This document shows, piece by piece, positions 53,901 through 64,000 of a DNA stretch of 64,000 bases. The DNA comes from Eutreptiella sp. 'Long Island Sound 2002' (lineage: Eukaryota; Protista; Euglenida): positions 8,742,001 to 8,806,000 of the forward strand of contig OZ038379.1 in the NCBI GenBank assembly GCA_964036045.1. Direction: 5' to 3'. A program made the position numbers and the translations under genes. Position 1 is the stretch's first letter, and each line of letters begins with the position of its first letter. Below the pieces are notes generated by a model, which ran no database searches, had not been told where the DNA came from, and saw only the letters and a list, made by a program, of their open reading frames with translations.

Positions 53901-55687
53901 GATTAAAACATCGTGCACTGCATCCGCTGGGGACTGGACCACCGGCCAGGCCTCTCGCTTGGTCCCGGGCACCGAACCTGCCCCTTTGCTCTTCGGGGAC
54001 AATGGCACTTGTCGAGGGCTTTGAGGGGGGTGCTGGGACCGACGAGGGTGCCCCTTTTCGACGCCATACCTCACCCCAGCGAGTCTTGCAACGGACGGAT
54101 ACGGGCGGTCACGGACGGCCCCCCAAATCAGACACGGACGCAAACCGACGCACCCCGACACAAAACGGACACACGCGGACACAACCAGTAATGCCACTCG
54201 TGTCCGGCAGCGGGACTGAGTTTCATCGGGGACCAGCCCCGTACCATGCGCCACCCATTAATATCCGCTCCAGTCACAACCAGAACTCGGTAGGGACAAG
54301 CTGCATCCCATGTCTGATCCAGTAAGACCCAGCTAACTCCGGTCATGTCCGACCCGGCAGTGGCTCATGGCAGCTCTGGACACAAGCCACTGGGGTACAT
54401 GGTGCCCTTGCTGCTTCTGCCCGAGCAGCAGCGGTCTCCAATCCATGACACTCCATGTGCTGCCGGCGCCGATCCAGCAGAAATAGACCGTCTCCGAAAC
54501 CCTAAACCGGCCGCCGAAGAGATCGCGATCGGTGTATTGGGAAAGGCGAGTCCAGTCTGGAAATCGGTTGGACTTGCCCAGCCCCTTCCAGAAGAGGGGT
54601 GAGATGGGGGTATGCAACCCCCAGAGTAACGGACGGTCGTCAGCGACTGCCTACCCATCCGCCCGTATTAAGTCTCCAGACACATTACGACAACACATGC
54701 GACAACGTGCAGCACTGATAACGTAACCATCGATGAGGTCGTCGAGACGACGCGGAGGCGGTAAAAGACTTCTCGCGGAGGGGGCGGGAGTGATGTCTGG
54801 GGAACGCAGCACGGACTGCCCCTTGCAATACCCCGGCTGCAACACGGCAGGGGGCCCGTCCCGTCGTCATGCCGGCACCCCGTAAGCGGTCGGAGGCCAT
54901 CCACCGGCCGTTGCGGAGACTAACCGACGGCAGTTGGGCACCAACAAAAGGCGCACGCGGGATGTGTGGGGGGGGGGGGGGGGGGGCTGGAGGGGTGTGT
55001 CAATGGTAGTCAAAGAAAAATTGCAAAAGCATTCACTGGTGGTGGGACACTCAGTTGGGGGGCAAGACATGGCGGCTACAAACCGATTGGCGGGCGTTGG
55101 GGCCGGACACAACCGCCCGGGGCTGAACACAACGTCATCTCGCCCAGGTGCATGCCTGGGCACCGGAAAAGCCAGGGTTTGGGGGGCCCACATAGTTCGC
55201 TCGGCATCCCCCAGTCCCATCGCATCCAACTACATCAAGGCCCTGTGCATCCGCAGTCGTCGCAGATGACGCCGGAACCAACGTCCCCCGGTGGGAGCCT
55301 CAGGTGGGGCATCAGCAGGAACGCACCCTCGGCACTAGGGCGCCCGGCACCCTGTGAACCAGATGGTGCGCTGCGAGGGATAAAGGGCAGGGCAGGCCTG
55401 CGCTTGAAGCAGGGGAGGTACCTCCCAAACTGGGACTGTCAGTTACGCTCCAACCGCCTCCTTCCAACTCCAACTGCCGCTGCAACGGTTTTGTAACCAC
55501 CGCTTCCTGCTCCCCAACCACTTTCCCAACCGTGGCCAACCGGTTTCCCAAGCGTTTTCCGCGAGCTGTGGCCCCCCTCTCCTTCCCGCGCAGGCCTGGG
55601 GTAAGCTGAGGTAAGGGCGTGTGCGAGCCCAAGGATCGCCGAGCACCCTCACCCCACGCCAGTCATTGCACCCCATCCCCGCGCCGC

Positions 55688-58600
55688 TCACCAGACGTGC
55701 ACGCCGCGGGGGTGCCCGTAGGGCAGAGGCGGGCCGTCCTCGTCCTGCGACCCCAGCAAGTCCTCGAGCAGGGCCGTGTGCTGCGAGACGCTGCCCCGCG
55801 AGGTGCCCAGCGACGCGGGGGACGGCGGGCCATCGAGGCCCGGCCGGGCCCCCCCGAGGCCCCGCGCGGGCGCAGGCCCGGCAGCGGGGCGGAGGCGGTA
55901 CGCGGGGTTGCGCGGGGCGAAGGCCGCCGTGCTCGTGGGGCTCAGGGGACTGAGGGAGGGCAGGGCCTGGGCAGAGGGGCCGGCGTGGGGGTGGGCGGTG
56001 TGGCTCGTGAAGGACAGCACCGCAGCGTCGCGGTCGGTCAAGACACCGTCGGGCCCGTCCGCGGCACCGCCGCGGAGCGCGCGCGCGGCGCGCCGTGCGG
56101 CGCTCCCGATGGCCCCGCTGTGCCAGACCTCCGGCACGGCGCCGGGGCCGCCGCGCAGCGCAGGCGAGTGCCAGGGCCCGGGGGCGTACGTCACGGAGTC
56201 GTCGGAGTCGTACTGCGAGTGCGGGAGCATGTGCGGAGGGCGCGAGGGAGAGTCGTGCGCGGCGCGGGGGAGGGGGCCGTCGGGGCTCTGGGCGACCAGA
56301 TGCGGCTGGTGGTAGTCGTCCAGGAACTGATCCAGCTCCAACATGTCCTGCATCTCCACATCCTCAAAGAAAGCCGCTCTGACCTGCGGAAGGATTTGGG
56401 GTTGGGGGTCGGGAACAGGACAGAGGGGAAAGACTGGACAGCCAAGGCAGGGCCCTTCAGCTGATGAATGGGTCGCTGTGTCCGCCAGATGCCGCTGCTT
56501 TTTCGGTGAATGCCACATTGGTCCCACTGCATGATCCCCGGTCCCTGTCCCCAAGACCCTACGCTTGCCAACTCCCAAGACGCTGTCCCTTGCAGTGGCT
56601 GCCACTGCGCCTGGGACGACCTGACAGGTCTGCCATTGAACCCCTGGGGAAGGCACTTCAGGAGCTGTCAAGACTGGGGGTGGACACACACCCAAACCCG
56701 ACCACCCAACCCCCCTTCACCCTCCAAGGGTCCCACTGCATGATCCCCGGTCCCTGTCCCCAAGACCCTACGCTTGACGCGGCCACCTCCCAAGACGCTG
56801 TCCCTTGCCGTAGCTCCAGCATCATCCTGCTTCCCACTCCCCCACGATGCTTCTTTGCAACCCCTCCATGCTGTTGTCTGCTGCAGGGCCCCATGCGGGG
56901 GGGGGCGGGGGGCTCTCCTGACTCCCTAAAACCTGGCCCCAATCACTTGCGGTGCGCGGTTCTTGGCACGCCGGGGGGGGGGGGGGGCAGACCCGCCCCA
57001 CGCTCCAGCTATCAGTCGAAGAAGAGGGGGGGGGGGGGGGCGGTTTGTGTGAACCTCTTTGATGGCCAGTTGCGGTGACGGCCGCCCGGGCCCACGAGCC
57101 GAGGGCGCGTTAAGGCTCTGGGTACATTTTCGCAGAGTTGCATTTCTATGCCGCACGATGACCCAGCGCAACGCCCACGTTGGGGCCAGCCCCCACTCCC
57201 TTCCTGAGAGCCCCCCGCCCCCCGCCCCCCCCCCCCCAATGTCTTGGAATGGGCTGCAGAGACACATCAGTGGGGCGCGGTGACCTGGTGCTCCAACATG
57301 TCCTGCATCTCCACATCCTCAAAGAAAGCCGCTCTGACCTGCGGAAGGATTTGGGGTTGGGGATCGGGGGTCGGGAACAGGACAGAGGGGAAAGACTGGA
57401 CAGCCCAGGCAGGGCCTTTCAGCTGATGAATGGGTCGCTGTGTCCGCCAGATGCCGCTGCTTTTTCGGTGAATGCCACACTGCGTTTTATTACTGTTCTG
57501 TGACTGCCTCACTGTGTTTTTACAACTGCACCAATTCTTCTTTTGAGAATCCCAATCCCTTTTTGTGATTGCCCCCAAGTCTTCTGATGAGCGCCCCCAA
57601 TTCTTGTCATGGCTGCCCCCAATTCTTGGCACGACGGCCCCACTGCTCCAATCATAGCCCCAATGCGCTCAAGGGCTGGCTCACTGCTTTGGGAGGCCAC
57701 CCCAGTGCCTACTGTGTCTGCACCAAAACCCTGTCTGACGGCGCCCTTCTTGTTGCTTTGTGTGAGTGCCGAACACTACCTGTGACCGCCCCACTGGTTT
57801 TATGTGACTGCCTCCCGCCTTTTATGTCGGCCTGCTGCTGTTTGTGGCTACCGCCTGCCACACACACCAGACCCCCCAGTATCCGCCTAGTTGACCCAAG
57901 GCCCCCCTGGTTGCCCCCTCCCCCAGCCCCCCCCTTCACCAAGGGACTGCAGTCAGTGTGATGTCCTCTGGCAGGCCTCACCAGCCTCAAGACTGGCGGA
58001 CCTGGTCCTGTGCTCTGGTGGCTCGGCCCCGACCTCGTGCATCATGTCTCGGACTGTGTACCCCCCCCCCCCCTTTGTAATAGCTACGCCAAAGTACGGA
58101 ATTAATACGGTCCCTACGCCTACTGTAGCTATTACAAGGGCGTGGCTTGCGCACGACACATACAACTACCGACACACACGTGAGAGAATGCATGGTATGA
58201 GTGCACCTTAACCTCCGCCCACGTTCCCAAAGGCATGCAAACACAAGAAAGTGTTCGAGACATGGAAATTCAGGTTCACACCCATGTTATCACAAGCTAT
58301 GGCCCCTTCATTGTGGCATCCACACGCTCACCGGTGGAACGTGTGAAAATCACTGGACGCCCAGGTTGAAAAAGAGAAGATTGCATGGTGAGCCGGTGCA
58401 AGAAAGGGGGATATAGTGCACAAATATCCCCCAAATCAGAGCTATGTGGGTTCAAGTGGGCAAACACTCACAACAAATGTGTCCATGACCCTATGTAGCT
58501 GGCAAATTTGTCACCAAACCCATGTGTTATGCGGCTGCACTACATTTGTACCGAATTAAAATTAGGTACCAAATTAATACGGTCCCTACGCCTACTGTAG

Positions 58601-61600
58601 CTATTACAAGGGCGTAGCTATTACAAGGGGGGGGGGTACCACTGCCCCTGTGTCTCCGACACCGTGGCACATTGTGGGACCTGCAGTGGCTGCCACTGCG
58701 CCTGGGACGACCTGACAGGTCTGCCATTGTACCCCTGGGGAAGGCGCTTCAGGAGCTGTCAAGACTGGGGATGGACACACACCCAAACCCGACCACCCAA
58801 CCCCCTTTCACCCTCCAAGGGTCCCACTGCATGATCCCCGGTCCCTGTCCCCAAGACCCTACGCTTGACGCGGCCAACTCCCAAGACGCTGTCCCTTGCC
58901 GTTGCTCCAGCATCATCCTGCTTCCCACTCCCCCTTCTTCTTCTTCTGCTTCTTTGCAACCCCTCCATGCTGTTGTCTGCTGCAGGGCCCCATGCGGGGG
59001 GGGGGGGGGGCGGGGGGCTCTCCTGACTCCCTAAAACCTGGCCCCAATCACTTGCGGTGCGCGGTTCTTGGCACGCCGGGGGGGTAGACCCGCCCCACGC
59101 TCCAGCTATCAGTCAAAGAGGGGGGGGGGGGGGGGGCGGTGTGTGTGGACCTCTTTGATGGCCAGTCGCGGTGACGGCCGCCCGGGCCCACAAGCTGAGG
59201 GCGCGTTAAGGCTCTGGGTACATTTTCGCAGAGTTGCATTTCTATGCCGCACGATGACCCAGCGCAACATCCACGTTGGGGCCAGCCCCCCCCCGATGTC
59301 TTGGAATGGGCTGCAGAGACACATCAGTGGGGCGCGGTGACCTGGTCGACATCGCCGTCGTACCGCGCCAGCAGCCGCTCGCACTCTGCAAGGTCCGCGT
59401 ACCTGCGGTGGAACAGGGCGACGGAGTGGAGGCGTGAGGTCGGACCCGAGGGAGCCCATGGCCCTTCCAGCTCATGTCAGGAACCCAACCATAGCCCTGA
59501 CCGCGTCCGGTGGGGGGCGTGCGGTGTAGTTCTGGACGCCCAACACGCGGATCCGTTGTTGTTGGTTTTACGTGTGAGTTTCTCACGCAGTTCTGAGCAC
59601 ACTGACTACACATAAACGGGGGAACGAGCAGCAGTTAACCACTCGCCCTTCGCGGAAAATAAAAGAGGATCGTCTGGCAGACGTATCAAGGAACACCCCC
59701 AGGCATCCGACGAGCCGTACCATTGTCGTGGGCCCCACTGCGTGGGCGACAATGACAGTCAGTTCCGGGGGCAGGGCATGTGTGGCGGAGAGGAGGGGCG
59801 TTACTGGACTGCCTGTTCCTTTGCTCATGAGTTGCAGCTACCGTCCCTGGGACGTCCATTCGCCTGCCAGGGGAGGCAGGCTTCAAACTCAGTCACTTCG
59901 GGGACGCGGAGCCCTGCGACCACAGCCAAGAAACAGACGCGCAGCCTCCGGATTGCGAGTTCGGTTGTTGTTTTGGCGCATTGGACTCCTCCACCAAATT
60001 CTTTGGTTGTTGCTGACCCCATGTGTTCGACTTGAGTCCTCAAGATGTGGTTCTTGGAGACGGGCATCCCACACGTCCACTGAACTGGATTCCTGAGAAC
60101 CCCAGGGCCCAAAAGCAACAACCCACAGCTCATGTATTTGGTTTCCCCGTGACATTCTGAGCATTTTGATGGCACATGAGCGGGGGCAAAAACGTGGTGA
60201 CCATTCACCACAAGTGAAATGGAAAAGCAGCGAATTCTGGAAGACATCGATTCCCCAAAGCACCCGCCAAGCCGCAATGTTGTTGTCGGCCCCACTTGTA
60301 GACCGACATAACTGCGGGTCCCTATGAGCGCAGGTTTCGGGGTCGGAGGGAGGGACGGGGGATCCGAGTCCCCACTGAAACACCCCCCGTGTCTGGAGCA
60401 CAGTCGGTGGTTTGAGGGCTCAAGGGCGCGCGAGAGACACAGCCGTAGCACAGGGCACGGGCGGGACACGTGCGAAGGGCATAGATACCCCAAATCGTTC
60501 AGTTGGGACAATGCTTCGGGGTAAACGGTAGACTCCGACCGGCTGCCCACGGTTTGCAGCGGAGACCCCCTGTCAGACGGGGCGGCAGTGCGGAGCGGTC
60601 GGAGGAATGTTGATTAGGCACGAGCACTGACGGTATGGCTGGCAAGGTGCGTTCAGTGTGAGAAAGAGGGGGTGCCCAAATAGTTCTGCTGCCGTTCCGC
60701 ACTCGGGGGCCCGCGTTCAAGGCCGTAATTCATTGCAATTGTGCCATGCCCCGGGGGAACGGATGTCGCGTGAGAACCATGTTGCCACGCATGAGGTGCG
60801 TGAGGACAGTGGCACGACGCCATAACCAAAACCATGTTATGACGAGGGACAAGGGGTGGTACGTGCAAACGACGTTATCGCAATGCATCCCCGAATCGTA
60901 GTGTGCCTTGGAGGTCAGGTGTCGTTGTATATTGCAATGGTAGGAGCACGTAAGCAGTCGCATGAAGGTGGACTGCCGCTATCTTTTGTCGGGAAACCTC
61001 GCCGCAACCTCCAGCCAGGGCGGTCCTCAAGAAATACTGGAGGGGGAAAATACCGTGGACTTACGCCTTAGCAAACCGAACCGCGCGCACCGCGATGGGG
61101 AAGGTAACAAGACACTGCACACAGCAAAATGTCAAACCATCCCGTTATACGTCCGTCTCACGTTTGTCGTTTGGTAACGAGGAGGTACATGGACCTTCGC
61201 CCGCGGTCGCTCCTTCATGGACAAGAAATTGACTGCCGGCGGTTGGCGTTCGACTACCGACGGTTGTCGGTTAACCGCTGTCGGTTGGCGGTCCTTAGTG
61301 GAAAAAACCCTTGTTCGAGGACCGCCTTGCCTCCAGCAACAAACCAGTCCCCACCACACAAGCGCGTGCACGCGCTCAACCATCCACGCACCCAGGAACC
61401 CACCAACAGACACGAATACAATCGCACTGGACATCCCTTGCACGACGGCGAGTCCGTGACAAAGGCCGGGAAGTCCCCGGGAACCCCCCCTAAGGGAGGC
61501 GGGCGGTAAAATTCAACCACACGGTACACGGCCAGGCACATTAAACATACACCTACAACTCAGTCGCCATTGGCACTGCAGACGGAGAGCTGACGACACC

Positions 61601-64000
61601 CAACTGCCAGTTGACCGCCAACCCTCAGCACCTGACGGTTCACAACCGGCATCAACCGCCAGCGACCGCCGGCAGTTACCAACCGCATTCAATTCGCCGG
61701 TCATCCAAACCGAGTGCCTGAATTTCCGAAAACTGCAACATCTGGTCCCTCATGAAACCCCGGTCGCCCGCTTGATAACGGGTGCTATCCCCCCGGGCCC
61801 CAGGTACTTCCCCTTCCGCCCTGTGCCACATACCTCGGCGTCCCACCGGCCGCGACTGCCGCACCCGCAGCCGTGGGCGTGGGAGTGCTGTAGGTGTGCC
61901 CCACGCTGTGGCTGCTCTCACTCCCGGAGCGCTCCGGTTCCTCCTCCGCGGTGGAGCCCCGGGCCGAGCCCCTCGGCCCCGCGCGGCACTCCGAGTGCGC
62001 GCGGCCGGAGGAGCCGCGTCTGGAGGCCCCGGGGGTGGTCTGAGCGGTGCACAGCCGCGCCGGCGCCGAGGCGCACGTCGGACCGGGATCGATGCGGGCG
62101 GCGTCCCCCGCGCCCGGCAGCCCTGCGAGGGCCCGCTGGGACGCCACCGCCGTCGACGCGGCGCTGTCCCGGCAGCGCGCGAGCGGGCTGAGGGGCGACT
62201 CGCCCACGCCCTCCTTGTGCCAGGGCCAGGGTGGCGTGGAGGCCCAGGCGTGGACCAGGGACCCCTGGCGCAGTCGGACGGAGCCCGGCGCAACTACCGG
62301 TTGGCGGTGGGAGGGCTGAGATGGTGGTTGTTGGTGGTCGCACTTGGGGTCGTTGAAGGTTGTCGGCGGTTGTGGCAGAGGTTGCTGCAGGTTGTTGGAG
62401 GGTATTGGACGCTGTTGGAGGTCGTTGGGGGTTGCTGGAGGTTCTTGGAGGTCGCGGCGGAGCTTGTTGGCGGTCACCGTGGGGCTGCCGGGAACGTCAG
62501 GAGACGGCAGCCGGCGGCTAAGCGCCGACGTCTTGGCCCGTGCGGACTCGGGCCTGTGCCATGCAGTGGCGGGGTGCTGCCCTGCCGCTGCGTCAGGGCC
62601 CGGGTCGAGGCCGGTCTTTGCGCGGTCGGCAGCGCCGGGGCGGGGGGCAAGGTCCTGCGCGGCACCGCCGTCCACGGCGTCCTGCAGCGGGACACGGCCA
62701 GCCCGAGACCAAGACCCGGTCTCGGGTTGGTCTCCGATCGGCGGCCCGTCCGTCGAAGCCGCTGGGCTGCGGCTCGGGTCTGCCAACTGCGTGGGCCTGC
62801 GCCGCGTGAACCAGTGGTCGGAGGCGGGCGCGGGGGACTGCGCGGGGCCCGACGCCAGAGGCATGGCAGGGCCGGTGGCGGTGGCGAGCGCGGCAGCGGG
62901 GGGGCAGGCAGAAGCGAGGGTCGCGTACTGGAGGGGGGCGGCTGGTTCCGGGGGGTGGGATGGTGGGGGGATTTGGGGGGACGTGGTCGGGTCATGGGTG
63001 GAGGCTGGCTGCCAGTGGCTTGGAGGACGCTGGAGAGCGGTTGGCGGTTGGCTGAGGGCAGTTGCAGGCTGGTGCATGGTGGCACTGATGGATAGCAGTT
63101 GGGGCTTGCAGGGCAGGGCCGAGGCGCAGTGAGACACTCCAGCATCTGCATCCCCATGGTTCCACTGGAGAGGCGGTGCGCTTGGGCCATCGCTATGCTC
63201 CTCAGCCCGAGGTTGGGGTTTCCCTCCTGTCTTCGCTACTTCAGGCGGTGAAGCTGAAGCTGGGACTGCAACTGAGGTGGTGGTGAGCGGGGTGACGAGA
63301 CGAGAGTCTGCGGTTGAGGCATTCTGCTGCCCCATAGTCCAGCACGGCACACCCTCCGTTTGCAGCAAACGTCCTGCCTGACACTTGGCCCTCGTGAAGA
63401 ATCTCCTCTCCTCCTCCAATCTCCTCTGCTCCTCCAATCTCCTCTGCTCCTCCAATCTCCTCTCCTCCTCCAATCTCCTCTCCTCCTCCAATCTCCTCTC
63501 CTCGTCCAATTTCCTCTGCTCCTCCAATCTCCTTTCCTCCTCCAATCTCCTGTCCTCCAATCTTTTCTCCTCCTCCAACCTCCTCTCCTCCTCCAATCTC
63601 CTCTGCTCCTCCAATCTCCTCTCCTCCTCCAATCTCCTCTCCTCCTCCAATCTCCTCTCCTCCTCCAGTCGCCTCTCCTCCTCCAATCTCCTCTCCTCCT
63701 CCAATCTCCTCTCCTCCTCCAATCTCCTCTCCTCCTCCAATATCTTCTCCTCTTCCAATCTCTTCGCCTTGTCCAATCTCATCTCCGCTTCTAACTTCCA
63801 CAGGTCTTCTGCCTCCTGCCTCATCTTCGCCGCCCGTGATCTCCTTTCCACAATTTCCAATCTCTGGCACCGCTCGCTGCGCTCCTGAGCGAACATGCTC
63901 CGTGACTGCACCTCCTCCATCCCCACAAGTTCCATTCGCTCCTCCTCCATCTCCTCCTTCAATTGCAGTTGCAATACCTTCCACTGCCACTCCTGCCTGA
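55688..64000 (-). CDS. Coiled-coil (EEERRL)n / Pro-Ala-rich protein with UBA/CUE-like segment; spliced, 5' end outside window
   Basis: Large exon from beyond 64000 to 61834 (frame open to the window edge; donor AG|GTATGT). Exon 59402-59342 (YADLAECERLLARYDGDVDQ), optional duplicated exon 57338-57285, and exon 56383-55692/55688 (VRAAFFEDVEMQDMLELDQF...). Phases are compatible. Confidence 0.75.
55692..56383 (-). CDS. Downstream exon of coiled-coil gene
   Basis: ccttccgcAG|GTC AGA...; ends either at TGA 55690-55688 or at donor TG|GTGAGC. Confidence 0.7.
56339..59346. repeat. Local tandem duplication spanning intron start, intron end and exon start
   Basis: 57295-57480 copies 56339-56517; 56592-57290 copies 58682-59346; 56520-56590 copies ~56730-56800. 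Confidence 0.9.
58061..58636. mobile_element. MITE with CCC...GGG TIRs and TA target duplication
   Basis: TA|ccccccccccccctttgtaatagctacgc ... gcgtagctattacaagggggggggg|TA. Internal direct repeat aattaatacggtccctacgcctactgtagctattacaagggcgt. Confidence 0.8.
59342..59402 (-). CDS. 61-nt exon of coiled-coil gene
   Basis: ccgcAG|G TAC...GAC CAG|GTCACC; phase 2 in, phase 0 out, matching its neighbours. Confidence 0.75.
59690..60850 (-). pseudogene. Decayed tyrosine-recombinase (DIRS/Ngaro-like) element in intron
   Basis: AIRRLRVCFLAVVAGLRVPEV resembles the integrase box I motif L...GLR..E. Flanking frames are broken. Confidence 0.4.
63407..63790 (-). repeat. 18-bp coding tandem repeat encoding (EEERRL)n
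   Basis: Plus-strand unit ctccaatctcctctcctc, about 20 copies, in frame. Confidence 0.95.

Noticed and set aside
54333-54617. 94-aa minus ORF as next exon of the coiled-coil gene or a DIRS methyltransferase fragment
   Set aside because: No phase-compatible acceptor, the opposite strand is also open and motif similarity is marginal.
61782-63990. Plus-strand and alternative-frame ORFs over the coiled-coil exon
   Set aside because: Antisense or shifted translations of the 18-bp repeat and GC-rich exon.

Overview
Repeat-rich, intron-rich eukaryotic DNA. The long G/C homopolymers, GT-AG and probable GC-AG introns, and polypyrimidine/AG sites just upstream of start codons suggest a large protist genome; a euglenid origin is my inference only. 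Four host genes, all on the minus strand, can be modelled by eye. (1) A GAF-HisKA-HATPase_c-(pseudo)REC-REC hybrid histidine kinase at 7952-13044, with three firm exons and an apparently truncated last receiver. (2) A multi-exon gene at about 24062-29760 with an N-terminal RIIa/Dpy-30-like docking motif. (3) An intronless 699-codon ORF at 35197-37296 that fuses a METTL9/DREV-type histidine methyltransferase to a second class I SAM methyltransferase. (4) A coiled-coil (EEERRL)n/low-complexity gene from 55688 to beyond 64000, in which a tandem duplication appears to have created a new in-frame 54-nt exon. The rest is mostly mobile DNA. This includes four related 1.2-1.4 kb elements embedded in (TA)n with subterminal inverted repeats and internal ~160-bp satellites, and several TA-flanked CCC...GGG MITE-like elements. 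It also includes hAT, Harbinger and pogo-like transposase remnants, a LINE with zf-RVT and intact RNase H whose endonuclease and RT are deleted in frame, a gag-like ORF, a decayed tyrosine-recombinase element and tRNA-derived SINE-like heads. All family assignments come from motif recognition by eye; no database searches were run.
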